A stretch of 54,802 bases of DNA. It comes from Clostridiales bacterium. Its GTDB lineage: Bacteria > Bacillota > Clostridia > Saccharofermentanales > Saccharofermentanaceae. Where the stretch lies: the NCBI GenBank assembly GCA_017513085.1, contig JAFWDK010000020.1, forward strand, positions 1-54,802, given 5' to 3'. The position numbers and the translations under genes were made by a program. Position 1 is the first letter of the stretch. The number at the start of each line of letters is the position of its first letter. Below, one piece after another: positions 20,718 through 31,099 of this stretch. The notes under the pieces are model-generated. The model was not told the origin of the DNA and did no database searches. It was given only the letters and a program-made list of their open reading frames with translations.

Positions 20718-20767
20718 TCCCAGAAGGGGAGCCATGGGGAGCCATAGCAACCTTGGCTAAGGTGTGA

Positions 20768-21017
20768 TTACGGTCTAAAACAGAGAAAAGCATCGTTTGG
20801 CCCGTAAATTGGGGGTGGTAAGTCTTGGCTAACTCTGCTGTTTACGGGCCAGATTACTAAAAACGTTGATTTAGCCCGTAAAAACAAGTGCTTTTTCATG
20901 GGATTTACGGGCTGGAATGAAGAAATCGTTGATTTAACCCGTAAATATCAAAGAAATAATGCAAAAAACGTAGAATATTACGGGCTATTTTGCCAATATT
21001 GTCGATCTTGCCCGTAA
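20768..21017. repeat. Array of four 40-bp palindromic units TTACGG[GT]-N26-CCCGTAA with variable loops and spacers
   Basis: Units start at 20768, 20842, 20905, 20978; spacers 34, 23, 33 nt. Confidence 0.8.
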
Positions 21018-21249
21018 TAGAGATGGTTAGTGTTGACTAACCGACAGAAGGACTACGGTCTGATCCGGAAAAAGGAGTTTTTTTGACCGTAATGTATCGA
21101 TGAATTTGTTTTGTTGAAGTGCACATCGTTTTTCTCGAAAAGCACTTCCGCGCGGCGGTCTTCGTGCCCTTGAGGTGTTCTTCGGGTGTAGGGGCGAACA
21201 AAAAGGTACCCCGCAGCGCTCGATCGCGCTACGGGGTGATCGATAGGGC

Positions 21250-21630
21250 CCTCCAGCCCCGGCTTCCCGCCCGGGTTGTTTCGCCTTGCAGGCTCCAACC
21301 CCGGCTCCAGCCCAGGCTGTTCCGGCCCGCGCCGCCGCCCCGGGGCAAGTTTCTCCGTTTTTACGATGATGATGCGGCTGCGGCGGGGCCCGCCTCTCGG
21401 GCAGTCCTGCCCGGGTTTGAGATGGTGCTGTTCCAGCCCCGGCTGTTCCGGCCCGCGCCGCCGCCTCGGGGTAAGTTTCTCCGTTTTTACGGTATGATGA
21501 TGCGGCTGCGGCGGGGCCCGCCGCTCGGGCAGTCCTGCCCGGGTTTGAGATGGTGTTGTTCCGGCCCGCGCCGCCGCCCGGGGGGCAAGTTTCTCCTTTT
21601 TTACGATGATGAAGCGGCGGCTGCGGAGGC
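21250..21630. repeat. GC-rich tandem duplication (about 113-126-bp units) including the DUF4003 gene stop region
   Basis: TGTTCCGGCCCGCGCCGCCGCC...AAGTTTCTCC at 21318, 21444, 21557. Confidence 0.8.
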
Positions 21631-22593
21631 GGCGGCTGCCGAGGAGGCGATGATCGCGATCTCGACGGCGATGATAGCTGAGATGATGGTGCTGATCGCG
21701 CTGTCGCGAACGGCGCTGTTGCCTGCATCGGTGTACGATTCGATCACAAGAGCGCAAGCGATCAGATCACGGATACGCTTGCCGGCGCCCATCGCGCCCA
21801 TGCCACGGATCTTTCTCAGCTTTTTACTCGTCTCGTGGATCATAGAAGCAACTTCCTGAAGATCCTCCTCGCGCACCAGCATAGCGATGGAAGCAATAAC
21901 CGAGAACGCATCCCCGGAAAAACGCAGCCCCACCTGCTTCAGTGCTTTTTGAGTTGAAACGACGCGCAAAGCTTTGTCTTCCGGACGTCCGTCAAAAATA
22001 CTGGTGATGCAAGCCATATACTGGATCCTGTTTTTCAGACGGTAGTAGTCGTGCAGAGCCCGGAAGTCATCTTCGCAACGGCGCGCGATCTGTGTTTCGC
22101 TATAATCGGAAAGCGCCATGAGTACGCAGTTGCTAAGATCTTCGCGTCCGGTGATCATGGGATGATCTCTACGGATGAGCTTATAGATCTCACGTGTTCT
22201 GGAAACGATACGGCTGTAGTCCGCGGGATCCGCATTGCTGTAGATCATATTGGCGGCCAGGACAAGATAATCGGAATTGAAAAACTTTTCGTCCAGCGCA
22301 CTGTGGATGAAACGGATAGTGTCCATCGCTACTTGCGGCTCCTCGCTCATGCTTACGGTGGCCGCGATGACCTGGCTGGCATTACCATGACCGAGCGTGG
22401 AGAAAATGCCCGTATTCGAACGGACGACCTTCTTGGCATCTCTCAACCTCTCCGGTGAAACCACGAAATTTCGCCCGATAAAAGCAGCGGCACAGGCAGA
22501 TGCCTCTAAACTGGTGTTCAAGACGTAGGCGCTTTTGGCGGCGCGGAAATTGGACTCAAAGATTTCAATGCTTCGGTTGATGTTGTTTAACAT
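21601..22593 (-). CDS. DUF4003 family protein
   Basis: YKLIRRDHPMITGRED motif and poly-Ala/Ser C-terminus; GAGGTG RBS. Confidence 0.75.
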   Translation of the reverse strand: MLNNINRSIEIFESNFRAAKSAYVLNTSLEASACAAAFIGRNFVVSPERLRDAKKVVRSNTGIFSTLGHGNASQVIAATVSMSEEPQVAMDTIRFIHSALDEKFFNSDYLVLAANMIYSNADPADYSRIVSRTREIYKLIRRDHPMITGREDLSNCVLMALSDYSETQIARRCEDDFRALHDYYRLKNRIQYMACITSIFDGRPEDKALRVVSTQKALKQVGLRFSGDAFSVIASIAMLVREEDLQEVASMIHETSKKLRKIRGMGAMGAGKRIRDLIACALVIESYTDAGNSAVRDSAISTIISAIIAVEIAIIASSAAAASAAAASSS

Positions 22594-22949
22594 ACAGGAC
22601 ACCTCACTTTCTGTTCGTCGATATCTTACCATTGCGCCGTTTCAGAAGTGGTTAAGGCATGTTTAAGGTTTTATATATTCGGGGCACGATTTATAAAGAA
22701 AATATTCAGCCTCGCCGGTGAGATCTTTTCTGCGCCCAAAGCACTGTTTCTTTTTGTTTTTTCTTGTTTTTGTCTTTCGCGCGTGTTCGATAGGTAGTAT
22801 AATGAACTGGTCGAAAGACATATTTATTCTCAGCCCTCACGCTGGGTGACGTGATATGATTTCCGAATGCCTGAGTGCTTCAGATTATGATACCTCGTCG
22901 GAGGTGAAAGGAAGAGGACCTGTTATCCGAAATAACGGAAAAATAGGGC

Positions 22950-22979
22950 TTGACGCGACCTTTTGTCTTGTGGTATGCT
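22950..22979 (+). promoter_or_regulatory. Promoter of the rpsF operon
   Basis: TTGACG-18 bp-TATGCT with extended TG. Confidence 0.55.
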
Positions 22980-23029
22980 ATCTCGTGCTGCGAAGGATGC
23001 AGAAAGCATATCTAATATGTTAATGAAAT

Positions 23030-23089
23030 ATCCTCGCTCTCATCGAAACAGGTATGAGAGCCGTTCTAGTCCAGGAGGAGGTGAAAATC
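23030..23089 (+). ncRNA. S6:S18 autoregulatory leader RNA
   Basis: TCCTC anti-SD, GCTCTCAT/ATGAGAGC stem followed by CCG, pairing with the GGAGG SD of rpsF. Confidence 0.6.
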
Positions 23090-23377
23090 ATGGCGAACAA
23101 GTATGAAATGATGGTTGTTTTGAGCCCTGTTCTCGGAGATGAAGGTATTACTTCCACTACCGATGCAATCAAGGCTAAGGTCGAGACCGGTGCTACGATC
23201 GATTCTTTTGAGTCCCTCGGTATGAAGCGTATGGCTTACGAAATCGAGGATCAGAAAGACGGTTTCTATCTTCTGTTCAACTTCACATCTGAAGCTGATT
23301 TCCCGAAGGAAATCGAGCGTGTACTGAAGATCACAGAAGGCGTGCTGCGTTTCCTCGTTATCCGCGTTGAGGAGTAA
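23090..23377 (+). CDS. rpsF: 30S ribosomal protein S6
   Basis: KYEMMVVLSP, GMKRMAYEI, ITEGVLRFLV. Confidence 0.97.
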   Translation: MANKYEMMVVLSPVLGDEGITSTTDAIKAKVETGATIDSFESLGMKRMAYEIEDQKDGFYLLFNFTSEADFPKEIERVLKITEGVLRFLVIRVEE

Positions 23378-23400
23378 TTAACGAAAAGGAAGTAACGACT

Positions 23401-23904
23401 ATGAACAAAGTTATTTTAATGGGTAGATTGACGAAGGATCCGGAAGTGAAGCAGACTCCGAGCAATATTGCGGTTTGTTCCTTTACGGTAGCTTGCGACA
23501 GACGTTTCAAGGGCCAGAATGGTGAGCGTCAGACCGACTTCATCTCTTGCGTGGCTTGGCGTCAGCAGGCGACCCTCCTGGGTAATTATTTCCACAAGGG
23601 TTCCCGTATTGCGGTAGTAGGCACACTTCAGTCGAGAAGCTACGATGACCAGAATGGTCAGAAGAGATACGTTACCGAAGTTGTGGTAGACGAGATCGAG
23701 TTCATCGATACCAAGGCAGACGGCCAGGGATATCAGGGTGCCGGCGCAGCTTCTGCGCAGCAGGCAGCTCCGATGACACCGCCGGCTCCGGCACAGATGG
23801 CTCCGCAGACACCACCGCCGGCACAGCAGATCGATCCTGGATTTGAGGCGTCGATGGACTCTGACGACAGTTCGTCCCTTCCTTTTGACGTATTAGGATT
23901 CTAA
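23401..23904 (+). CDS. ssb: Single-stranded DNA-binding protein
   Basis: MNKVILMGRLTKDPE OB-fold; acidic LPF tail. Confidence 0.97.
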   Translation: MNKVILMGRLTKDPEVKQTPSNIAVCSFTVACDRRFKGQNGERQTDFISCVAWRQQATLLGNYFHKGSRIAVVGTLQSRSYDDQNGQKRYVTEVVVDEIEFIDTKADGQGYQGAGAASAQQAAPMTPPAPAQMAPQTPPPAQQIDPGFEASMDSDDSSSLPFDVLGF

Positions 23905-24046
23905 GGGATACGAGTCGCGAAGAACCGTATCCGGGCGGGTGGGATACATACGCCTGAATCCTGAAGCGAGATTCGGTTTTCGAATCAAATTTGCATGAAC
24001 CGGACGATCAAAGTCCGTGACTTTATCTGAAAGGAGATTACATAAC

Positions 24047-24322
24047 ATGGCTGAAAATAGAGCACCTAAGGCTACAACTCGCGAGTTTGGCGATCGTGGC
24101 ATGAAGCAGAGACGTTCCAGAAGAAAGGTATGTGCTTTCTGCGCTGATAAGATCGAAGCAATCGATTACAAGGATCAGGCTCGTCTTCGTAAGTTTGTCT
24201 CTGAGCGCGGCAAGATCCTGCCGAAGCGTATGACAGGTAACTGCGCGAAGCATCAGAGAGAGCTGACTATCGCTATCAAGCGTGCAAGACACGTTGCACT
24301 TCTGCCTTTCGTAGCAGAGTAA
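24047..24322 (+). CDS. rpsR: 30S ribosomal protein S18 (zinc-binding form)
   Basis: CAFC...IDYKD...ERGKILP...CAKHQR...IKRAR. Confidence 0.97.
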   Translation: MAENRAPKATTREFGDRGMKQRRSRRKVCAFCADKIEAIDYKDQARLRKFVSERGKILPKRMTGNCAKHQRELTIAIKRARHVALLPFVAE

Positions 24323-24386
24323 TTTGCGTGGCAGTGCTTTTTGCAAAAAGATGGGCGGATCCGATGCGATTCAACCATCAGTAACA

Positions 24387-24415
24387 TTGCGATAATCACA
24401 CGAACAGTTTATAAT
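24387..24415 (+). promoter_or_regulatory. sigmaA promoter for rplI-dnaB
   Basis: TTGCGA-17 bp-TATAAT. Confidence 0.6.
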
Positions 24416-24455
24416 ATTGAGCATCCGTTATTAGAAACGGGTGCTCAATTTTTTT
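24416..24455 (+). terminator. Intrinsic terminator after rpsR
   Basis: ATTGAGCATCCGTT/AACGGGTGCTCAAT stem plus T-run. Confidence 0.75.
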
Positions 24456-24471
24456 ACCGGAGGACGAACAA

Positions 24472-24921
24472 GTGAAGTGCATTTTATTGGCAGACGTCAA
24501 GGGTCTGGGCAAAAAAGATGATGTTGTTGAGGTAAATGATGGCTATGCCAGAAATTTCCTTCTGAAAAAGAAAGTGGCCGTGGAAGCGACCGCGGATAAT
24601 ATGAACAAGAACAAGCTTAAGAAGGGTTCCGAGGCGGAGCACGCCAGAAGGGAACTCGAAGAGGCGAAGAAGAACGGCAAGCTGCTCGACGGAAAGACCG
24701 TGACACTTGCGGTCAAGACAGGTGAGGGCGGACGTCTTTACGGCGCGGTGACCGCGATGGACGTGGCCGATGCGATCAAGAAGGCCGGTTTCGACGTGGA
24801 TAAGAAGAACGTCGTGATCAAGAACCCGATCAAGAACCTGGGCACATATGAAGTTACCGCGAAGCTCCACACGCAGGTCAGCGTCAAAGTGAACGTGGAA
24901 GTCGTTGCCCTGGCGCAGTAA
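24472..24921 (+). CDS. rplI: 50S ribosomal protein L9
   Basis: DVKGLGKK...GYARNFL, GRLYGAVT. Confidence 0.97.
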   Translation: MKCILLADVKGLGKKDDVVEVNDGYARNFLLKKKVAVEATADNMNKNKLKKGSEAEHARRELEEAKKNGKLLDGKTVTLAVKTGEGGRLYGAVTAMDVADAIKKAGFDVDKKNVVIKNPIKNLGTYEVTAKLHTQVSVKVNVEVVALAQ

Positions 24922-24954
24922 AGTAGACGAATCGAATCGAGGAAGAGCCGCAGC

Positions 24955-26559
24955 ATGCCACAACCAAGCGATAATGTAATGATCCAGCGCGTACCGCCGC
25001 AGAGCAAAGATGCCGAGCAGGCGGTGCTGTACTGCTGTCTGGAAAGTCAGGATGTCCTTCAGAAAGCCATGGGCATCCTTCTTGCCGAGGATTTCTATGA
25101 ACCGGCGCACAAGATCATCTATGACACGATCATTACCCTTTATTCCCAGTCCAAATCCGTGGACCTCATCACGGTCGGCGACAGCCTGCGCCGTGAGGGG
25201 AAACTCGAAAAGGTAGGCGGCATGACGTACCTGAGTACCATCGTGGATACCAGGTCGCTTCTTTCCAATTTTGATGAATATGTGAAGATCGTCCGGCAGA
25301 AGGCGCAGGCCCGCCGCATGATCAAGAATATCGACGAGATCCTGAAGATGTCGTATGAAGGCAAGATGGATATCAACAGCCTGATCGAGCTCGCGATCGG
25401 AAGACTTTCCGAGATGCGCGACATCAACCGCCAGGACAGTTCCTTTCTGGCCCTCAAAGACGTACTGGAGCACTCTCTGCGCGACATTCTCCATCCGGAG
25501 GACACCCGCGCGATCAAGAGCCACTTCTCCCTCGTGGATCACGTCACCAACGGATTCCGTCCGGGCACACTGACGATCGTCGCCGCCCGACCGGCTATGG
25601 GTAAATCCGCATTTGTGATCAACATCGCGACGAATGTCGCACTCTACGAAAAGAAAGCCGTCGCTTTCTTCAGCCTCGAGATGTCCGCCAAGGAAATCGG
25701 TAACCGTATCCTTTCCTCCCGCTGCGACATCCCGACCAGCGCCATCCAGTCCACCCGAGGCCTGGAAAAAGACCAGCTCGGCCGCATCACCTCGACATTA
25801 CCGGCACTGGGCGTGGCGCCTCTTTATATCGACGATCACTCGGGCCTTAATACGGCCGAGATGCTTACGCGCTGCCGTGAGTTAAAAGAACTTAGCAATA
25901 ACGAGCTGGGCATGATCTGTATCGACTATCTGCAGTTGATGCAGCCGGTGGCCCAGCGCACCAATTCCAGCCGTCAGCAGGAGATCTCGGAAATTTCCCG
26001 TTCTCTCAAGCTTATGGCAAAAGAACTGGACGTGCCGATCATTGCGCTTTCGCAGCTTTCGCGTGAGTCGGAAAAGAGAGACGACCACAGGCCTGTCCTC
26101 TCCGATCTGCGTGATTCCGGTGCTATCGAGCAGGACGCCGACCTTGTTATGTTTATCCATCGTCCGGAGTACTATCGTAGGAAAGATGAGCCGCAGGACG
26201 ACGAGGGCGAGAAGACCCAGATCAAGCAGGTCGACGAGGAGAAAGCCGAGCGCGCGGAGATCATCATTGCCAAGAACCGTCAAGGTCCGACCAAGACGGT
26301 GTACCTGTACTGGAACGGTTCCCGTACGACTTTCTTCCAGAAAGAAAAGGACAGAAAAGACGGCGTGGTGGGTCCTTCCGACCAGGATGCCCCACCGGAT
26401 TTCTCCGGCTCGTCGAGCGACGATGCGCTTTCCGATTTCGATGCGATCTTCAGCGAGCCGTCTGAAATGGAGTTCGATGAAGTCAGCTACGATGAGTCCG
26501 GCTTAGGTTTCGATGAACCGCCGGCCCCGGAAGCTCCGCCGGAGAGTGGTAGTTTTTAA
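24955..26559 (+). CDS. dnaB: Replicative DNA helicase
   Basis: PPQSKDAEQAVL, AARPAMGKS, IDYLQL, LSQLSR, SDLRDSGAIEQDAD, AKNRQG. Confidence 0.96.
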   Translation: MPQPSDNVMIQRVPPQSKDAEQAVLYCCLESQDVLQKAMGILLAEDFYEPAHKIIYDTIITLYSQSKSVDLITVGDSLRREGKLEKVGGMTYLSTIVDTRSLLSNFDEYVKIVRQKAQARRMIKNIDEILKMSYEGKMDINSLIELAIGRLSEMRDINRQDSSFLALKDVLEHSLRDILHPEDTRAIKSHFSLVDHVTNGFRPGTLTIVAARPAMGKSAFVINIATNVALYEKKAVAFFSLEMSAKEIGNRILSSRCDIPTSAIQSTRGLEKDQLGRITSTLPALGVAPLYIDDHSGLNTAEMLTRCRELKELSNNELGMICIDYLQLMQPVAQRTNSSRQQEISEISRSLKLMAKELDVPIIALSQLSRESEKRDDHRPVLSDLRDSGAIEQDADLVMFIHRPEYYRRKDEPQDDEGEKTQIKQVDEEKAERAEIIIAKNRQGPTKTVYLYWNGSRTTFFQKEKDRKDGVVGPSDQDAPPDFSGSSSDDALSDFDAIFSEPSEMEFDEVSYDESGLGFDEPPAPEAPPESGSF

Positions 26560-28071
26560 GTGGAAGATCTGATCCGCACGGTTGAAGAGTACATCAGGAA
26601 GCACTCGCTTCTTACCTCAAACCCTGTTTTCGTCGGGGTTTCGGGCGGGTGCGATTCAATGGCGCTTCTTTTTGTCTTACACGACATCCTAACAAGAAAA
26701 TATCCGGAAACTCCGATCAAGGCTATCCACATCCATCACGGCATCCGCGGCGCAGAAGCGGACGAGGACGAAGCCGTAGCGCAAAAATACTGCGAAACAC
26801 TAGGCGTGCCTTTTGAGAGTTACCGCTTAGACATCCCGGACCTGGCCAAAGAAAACAAACACAGCCTCGAGACCGAAGGAAGGATCCGGCGCTATGCGCT
26901 TTTTGCCGAACTCAGTCAGGACGGCGGCGTCGTGGCCGTGGCCCATCACATGGAAGACCAGGCGGAGAGCGTCGCCATGCATCTGTTCCGCGGAAGCGGC
27001 ATGGAGGGCCTCGTCGGCATGCGCCCCCGAAGCGGCAACGTGATCCGGCCGTTCCTGTGCCTGCACAAGGCCGATATCCGCGCGTTCTGCGCCTCACAGA
27101 ATATTCCGTTCCGCGAGGACCGGACCAATCTCGACACCGCGTATTCCCGCAATTTCTTCCGCAACGAAGTCTTCCCGCTGATCGACCGCGGCGTGCACCA
27201 GTCCCCGGTCGAAGCGCTCTGCGGCCTGAGCGACCGCATCCGCGAGGAAAACGATTATCTTGATCTTCTTGCTTCAAAAGCACTGGACGAGGTGTGCCCG
27301 GGTGGTGGTTTTTCCGTGTCTGCGGGTCAGATCCTTGCGCATCCGCTCAGGCTCCGTATCCTCAAGAAACTGGCGCTCCGGGCGTGGGGCGATATCGTGG
27401 ATATCGAGGCGTGCCATTGGGAAAGCATCCTTTCCATGATGGAGAAGAACGAGAGCAACAAGCGTCTCAGCCTTCCGGGCGGCCGGGTGGCGAGAATGCA
27501 GCAAGGGCGAGTGCTTTTGGAGCGGGACGGGGCGGATGCGTCGTTGATGGACGGCGGAAAGAGAGAAGGCGTCGGGGTTCTGGTCAAAAAGGAGGATGCC
27601 GGTCGTGAACTGCCGCTGGCGTCGATTCCATGCGGAAAAAACGTTAATTTTTTTCAAAGTTTCGTCAGAATCAGGCTCGATTCCATTGAGAAAGAGGCGG
27701 AGGTAGTTTATAATGATACGACATGGTTTATTCCCGAATCTGTCTTGGGAAGAGCCGTGTTGCGGACCAGAAAAGAAGGAGATACCGTTTGTCGGGCCGG
27801 CACGTCCTTGAACAAGGATCTGCGGCGTTTTATGAACGATGTGCATATTCCGGCAGATGAGAGAGACCAACTGCTTCTGGTTGCGGAAGAGGATCGGGTT
27901 CTTTGGGTGCCCGGACATCTTCACGCAATAGGTTTTATCGATGCGCCGTCGAGGGAGAAATACTTCGAGTCCGTGCGCGACGGGGCGGACCCGGCGGGTT
28001 CCCCGGAGAAATTATCCGCAGACAGCAAGCCGGAAAACGAGAAGATTTACCGGCTGGAGCTTTTGACATAG
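26560..28071 (+). CDS. tilS: tRNA(Ile)-lysidine synthetase
   Basis: VSGGCDS PP-loop, HGIRG, AHHMEDQAES, IRPFL, DRTN...RN. Confidence 0.93.
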   Translation: MEDLIRTVEEYIRKHSLLTSNPVFVGVSGGCDSMALLFVLHDILTRKYPETPIKAIHIHHGIRGAEADEDEAVAQKYCETLGVPFESYRLDIPDLAKENKHSLETEGRIRRYALFAELSQDGGVVAVAHHMEDQAESVAMHLFRGSGMEGLVGMRPRSGNVIRPFLCLHKADIRAFCASQNIPFREDRTNLDTAYSRNFFRNEVFPLIDRGVHQSPVEALCGLSDRIREENDYLDLLASKALDEVCPGGGFSVSAGQILAHPLRLRILKKLALRAWGDIVDIEACHWESILSMMEKNESNKRLSLPGGRVARMQQGRVLLERDGADASLMDGGKREGVGVLVKKEDAGRELPLASIPCGKNVNFFQSFVRIRLDSIEKEAEVVYNDTTWFIPESVLGRAVLRTRKEGDTVCRAGTSLNKDLRRFMNDVHIPADERDQLLLVAEEDRVLWVPGHLHAIGFIDAPSREKYFESVRDGADPAGSPEKLSADSKPENEKIYRLELLT

Positions 28072-28086
28072 AAGAAGGGGACACGA

Positions 28087-28626
28087 ATGGAACGGATTTC
28101 AGATGTACTTATTTCCCGTGAGACGATCGAAGAATTTGTTAGCCGCCTGGGAGAACAGATCTCCAAAGACTATAACGGCGAGGAGATCGTCGTGATCGGC
28201 GTTTTGAAGGGCGCTTGTGTTTTCCTGTCGGATCTGATCCGTAAGATCACCTGCCCGGTGATCCTTGATTTTATGCAGGTCTCCAGCTATTTCAACGGCA
28301 CCGTTTCCACCGGCAACGTCCGGATCCGCAAGGATGTCGATCTTGATCTGGAAGGCAAGAATATCCTGATCGTAGAGGACATCATCGACAGCGGAATTAC
28401 CATGACGAGTCTTCTTCGGGAGCTTTCGGCAAGAAATCCCAAGAGCATCAAGGTGTGCGCGGCATTTGACAAGCCGAGCCGCCGTAAAGTGAATTTTCAA
28501 GCAGACTATATCGGGATGGAGATCCCGGATGCTTTTGTCATCGGATATGGTCTGGACTATGCGGGAAAATACAGAAACCTTCCCGATGTTTGTGTACTTG
28601 AACTTGATGGAGGTAACGAAACATGA
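28087..28626 (+). CDS. hpt: Hypoxanthine phosphoribosyltransferase
   Basis: [20 protein letters not shown] motif, FVIGYGLDY...YRNLP. Confidence 0.96.
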   Translation: MERISDVLISRETIEEFVSRLGEQISKDYNGEEIVVIGVLKGACVFLSDLIRKITCPVILDFMQVSSYFNGTVSTGNVRIRKDVDLDLEGKNILIVEDIIDSGITMTSLLRELSARNPKSIKVCAAFDKPSRRKVNFQADYIGMEIPDAFVIGYGLDYAGKYRNLPDVCVLELDGGNET

Positions 28627-30716
28627 GTCAAATTGAGAAAAAGCCGATGAAGTCATTCAGCGGTCTTCCGTTCTACCTGGTCCTTGTGGTGATCCTGGTA
28701 GTGACTTCGATCTTCTTCTTCGATACTACTTCGAAGAAGTCGACATCCCTATCGGAGGCTTTGAACTTGATCAGCGACAAGACGGTAGTGAAAGAGGACG
28801 TCGTGCTCAACGGCAATACGCTGAAATTCAAGTATTATGATTCAACCACAGGTAAGAAGGCCGAGGTCAGCAAGGATGTTCCTTACGATTCTGAGGACCA
28901 TGTGCTGACGATCCTGATCGATGCGGAGAAATCCGGTGCGATCGAGAAATTCGAATATAAGCAGCCGACAGACGTAAGCGCGATCATGTCAGGCATTATG
29001 ATCGTCCTGATGGTCGCCGCCATGATCTTCTTCGTATGGCTGAATTTCTCCCGTAACGCCGGTGAGGGCAGAAACGCTATGAATTTCGGTCGAAGCAAAG
29101 CGAAGCTTCACGATCCGTCCAAGAACAAGGTGACTTTCGCCGATGTCGCGGGCGCAGACGAAGAGAAGGAAGAGCTCGCCGAAGTCGTGGACTTCCTGAA
29201 AAATCCGAAGAAGTACTCCGCACTTGGCGCGAAGATCCCGAAGGGTATTCTTCTGAATGGTGCCCCGGGTACCGGTAAAACATTGCTGGCGAAAGCTGTT
29301 GCCGGCGAGGCGGGCGTTCCGTTCTTCTCGATATCCGGTTCCGATTTCGTAGAAATGTTCGTCGGTGTCGGTGCAAGCCGCGTACGAGATCTTTTCGATA
29401 ATGCCAAGAAGAATTCACCATGTATCGTGTTCATCGATGAGATCGATGCCGTAGGCCGTCACAGAGGCGCCGGTATGGGCGGTGGCCACGATGAGCGTGA
29501 GCAGACATTGAACCAGTTACTCGTCGAAATGGATGGTTTCGGTCCGAACGAGGGCGTTATCGTTATCGCGGCGACCAACCGTATCGATATCCTTGACCCG
29601 GCACTCCTGCGTCCAGGCCGTTTCGACCGTCGTGTGCAGGTTGCCCGTCCTGACATCAAGGGCCGTGCGCAGATCCTGAAAGTTCATGCGAAGAACAAGC
29701 CTTTGGCTCCGGATGTGGATCTGAAGGAAATCGCCAAGATCACTCCCGGTTATACCGGTGCGGATCTGGCCAATCTTTTGAACGAAGCAGCTCTCCTGGC
29801 TGCCCGTAAGAATGCTAAGCAGATCACTAAAGCGGAGGTTTCCGAGGCTGTATTCAAGGTCATGATCGGACCGGAGAAGAAGAGCCGTGTGATCACGGAC
29901 AAGGAGAAGCGCCTGACCGCGTTCCACGAGGCCGGCCATGCTATCGTTCTGCGTACAGTTTCCGAGACCGAGCACGTCGAGCGTGTCTCCATCATCCCGG
30001 CAGGTGGCGCCGGCGGTTACACCGCGCATAAGCCGGATGAGGATATCTACTACACAACCAGAAAGCAGTTGATCGATTCGATCATGATCTCTCTTGGTGG
30101 CCGTGCTGCCGAACAGATCATCCTCGGCGAGATCAGCACCGGTGCTTCTTCCGACTTGCAGCACTGCAATTCCGTAGCTCGTGAGATGATCACCCGCTAT
30201 GGTATGAGTGAGAGCTTCCCGAACGTAGTCTTCGATGACGACGACGAGGTATTCATCGGTAAGAGCTACGGTCACACCAAGAGTTACAGCGATAAGTACG
30301 CGGCAATGATCGATGAGGAGATCTGCCATATTATCGATAAGGCATATAAGGATGTACTGGATCTCTTGAACGCAAGACTTTCCATCCTCAACGGTGTTGC
30401 GCAGCGACTCCTGGAAAAAGAGAAGATCGAAGGTCCGGAGTTCGAAGAACTCTACGTCAACGATGGTGTTCTCCCGGCCGGTTCGGCTTTCCTGACATCA
30501 TCTTCCGATGCTGCTTCTTCTGCTTCTTCCGACGCGGTCGGCGATTCCGCTTCCTCGTCTGATGCAGTTGCCACGCCGGCTTCTGAAGCATCCGAAAACG
30601 CGGAGAGCGACGATACCGCTTCCGAGACTACCGCGACGGCACCGGAAACAACGGAAGAGCCGACAACAGGCTCCGCAGTTCCGACCGAGATCACGGACGA
30701 CACTCCGAAGAGCTAA
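28623..30716 (+). CDS. ftsH: ATP-dependent zinc metalloprotease FtsH
   Basis: Two TMs, [28 protein letters not shown]. Confidence 0.97.
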   Translation: MSQIEKKPMKSFSGLPFYLVLVVILVVTSIFFFDTTSKKSTSLSEALNLISDKTVVKEDVVLNGNTLKFKYYDSTTGKKAEVSKDVPYDSEDHVLTILIDAEKSGAIEKFEYKQPTDVSAIMSGIMIVLMVAAMIFFVWLNFSRNAGEGRNAMNFGRSKAKLHDPSKNKVTFADVAGADEEKEELAEVVDFLKNPKKYSALGAKIPKGILLNGAPGTGKTLLAKAVAGEAGVPFFSISGSDFVEMFVGVGASRVRDLFDNAKKNSPCIVFIDEIDAVGRHRGAGMGGGHDEREQTLNQLLVEMDGFGPNEGVIVIAATNRIDILDPALLRPGRFDRRVQVARPDIKGRAQILKVHAKNKPLAPDVDLKEIAKITPGYTGADLANLLNEAALLAARKNAKQITKAEVSEAVFKVMIGPEKKSRVITDKEKRLTAFHEAGHAIVLRTVSETEHVERVSIIPAGGAGGYTAHKPDEDIYYTTRKQLIDSIMISLGGRAAEQIILGEISTGASSDLQHCNSVAREMITRYGMSESFPNVVFDDDDEVFIGKSYGHTKSYSDKYAAMIDEEICHIIDKAYKDVLDLLNARLSILNGVAQRLLEKEKIEGPEFEELYVNDGVLPAGSAFLTSSSDAASSASSDAVGDSASSSDAVATPASEASENAESDDTASETTATAPETTEEPTTGSAVPTEITDDTPKS

Positions 30717-30739
30717 GCGCTTCTAACAACGAAACTACG

Positions 30740-30778
30740 AAAACGGCCATGTTCGCCAAACGCGGGCATGGCCGTTTG
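30740..30778 (+). terminator. Hairpin after ftsH
   Basis: AAACGGCCATGTTCGC/GCGGGCATGGCCGTTT stem. Confidence 0.6.
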
Positions 30779-31099
30779 CTATGGGGCGTTGTTGTTGTGC
30801 TTGTGATGTGATAGTGTTGTGGTTGCGCTGTGGCTGCGTTGTGGCTGCGGTTCGGGTGTCGAGGTGGATTCCCGGCGGACATTGTGGCCTGATGCTTTTG
30901 CATGGTTCAGAGGGCATGGCCGCGATTGGAAGCATGCCGGACCGGATCCTTCATTTGCTTGATTCTGTCTTTCCTCCGTTCACAACTTAGCACTTTCTTT
31001 ATTTTATGAGTATATTTCTTAAACCCGCCTTAGCGATCGGTTAATCTGCGCTGTGTAAGATAGAGACATAAAGAAAACAAAGTCACGGAGGGTACGAAC

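Noticed and set aside
21027-21859. Three overlapping 230-250-aa ORFs
   Set aside because: They arise from stop-poor GC-rich tandem repeats and give low-complexity R/P/A/G translations
30780-30870. GT-rich low-complexity tract after the ftsH terminator
   Set aside because: No stable periodicity or structure; ORFs over it lack support
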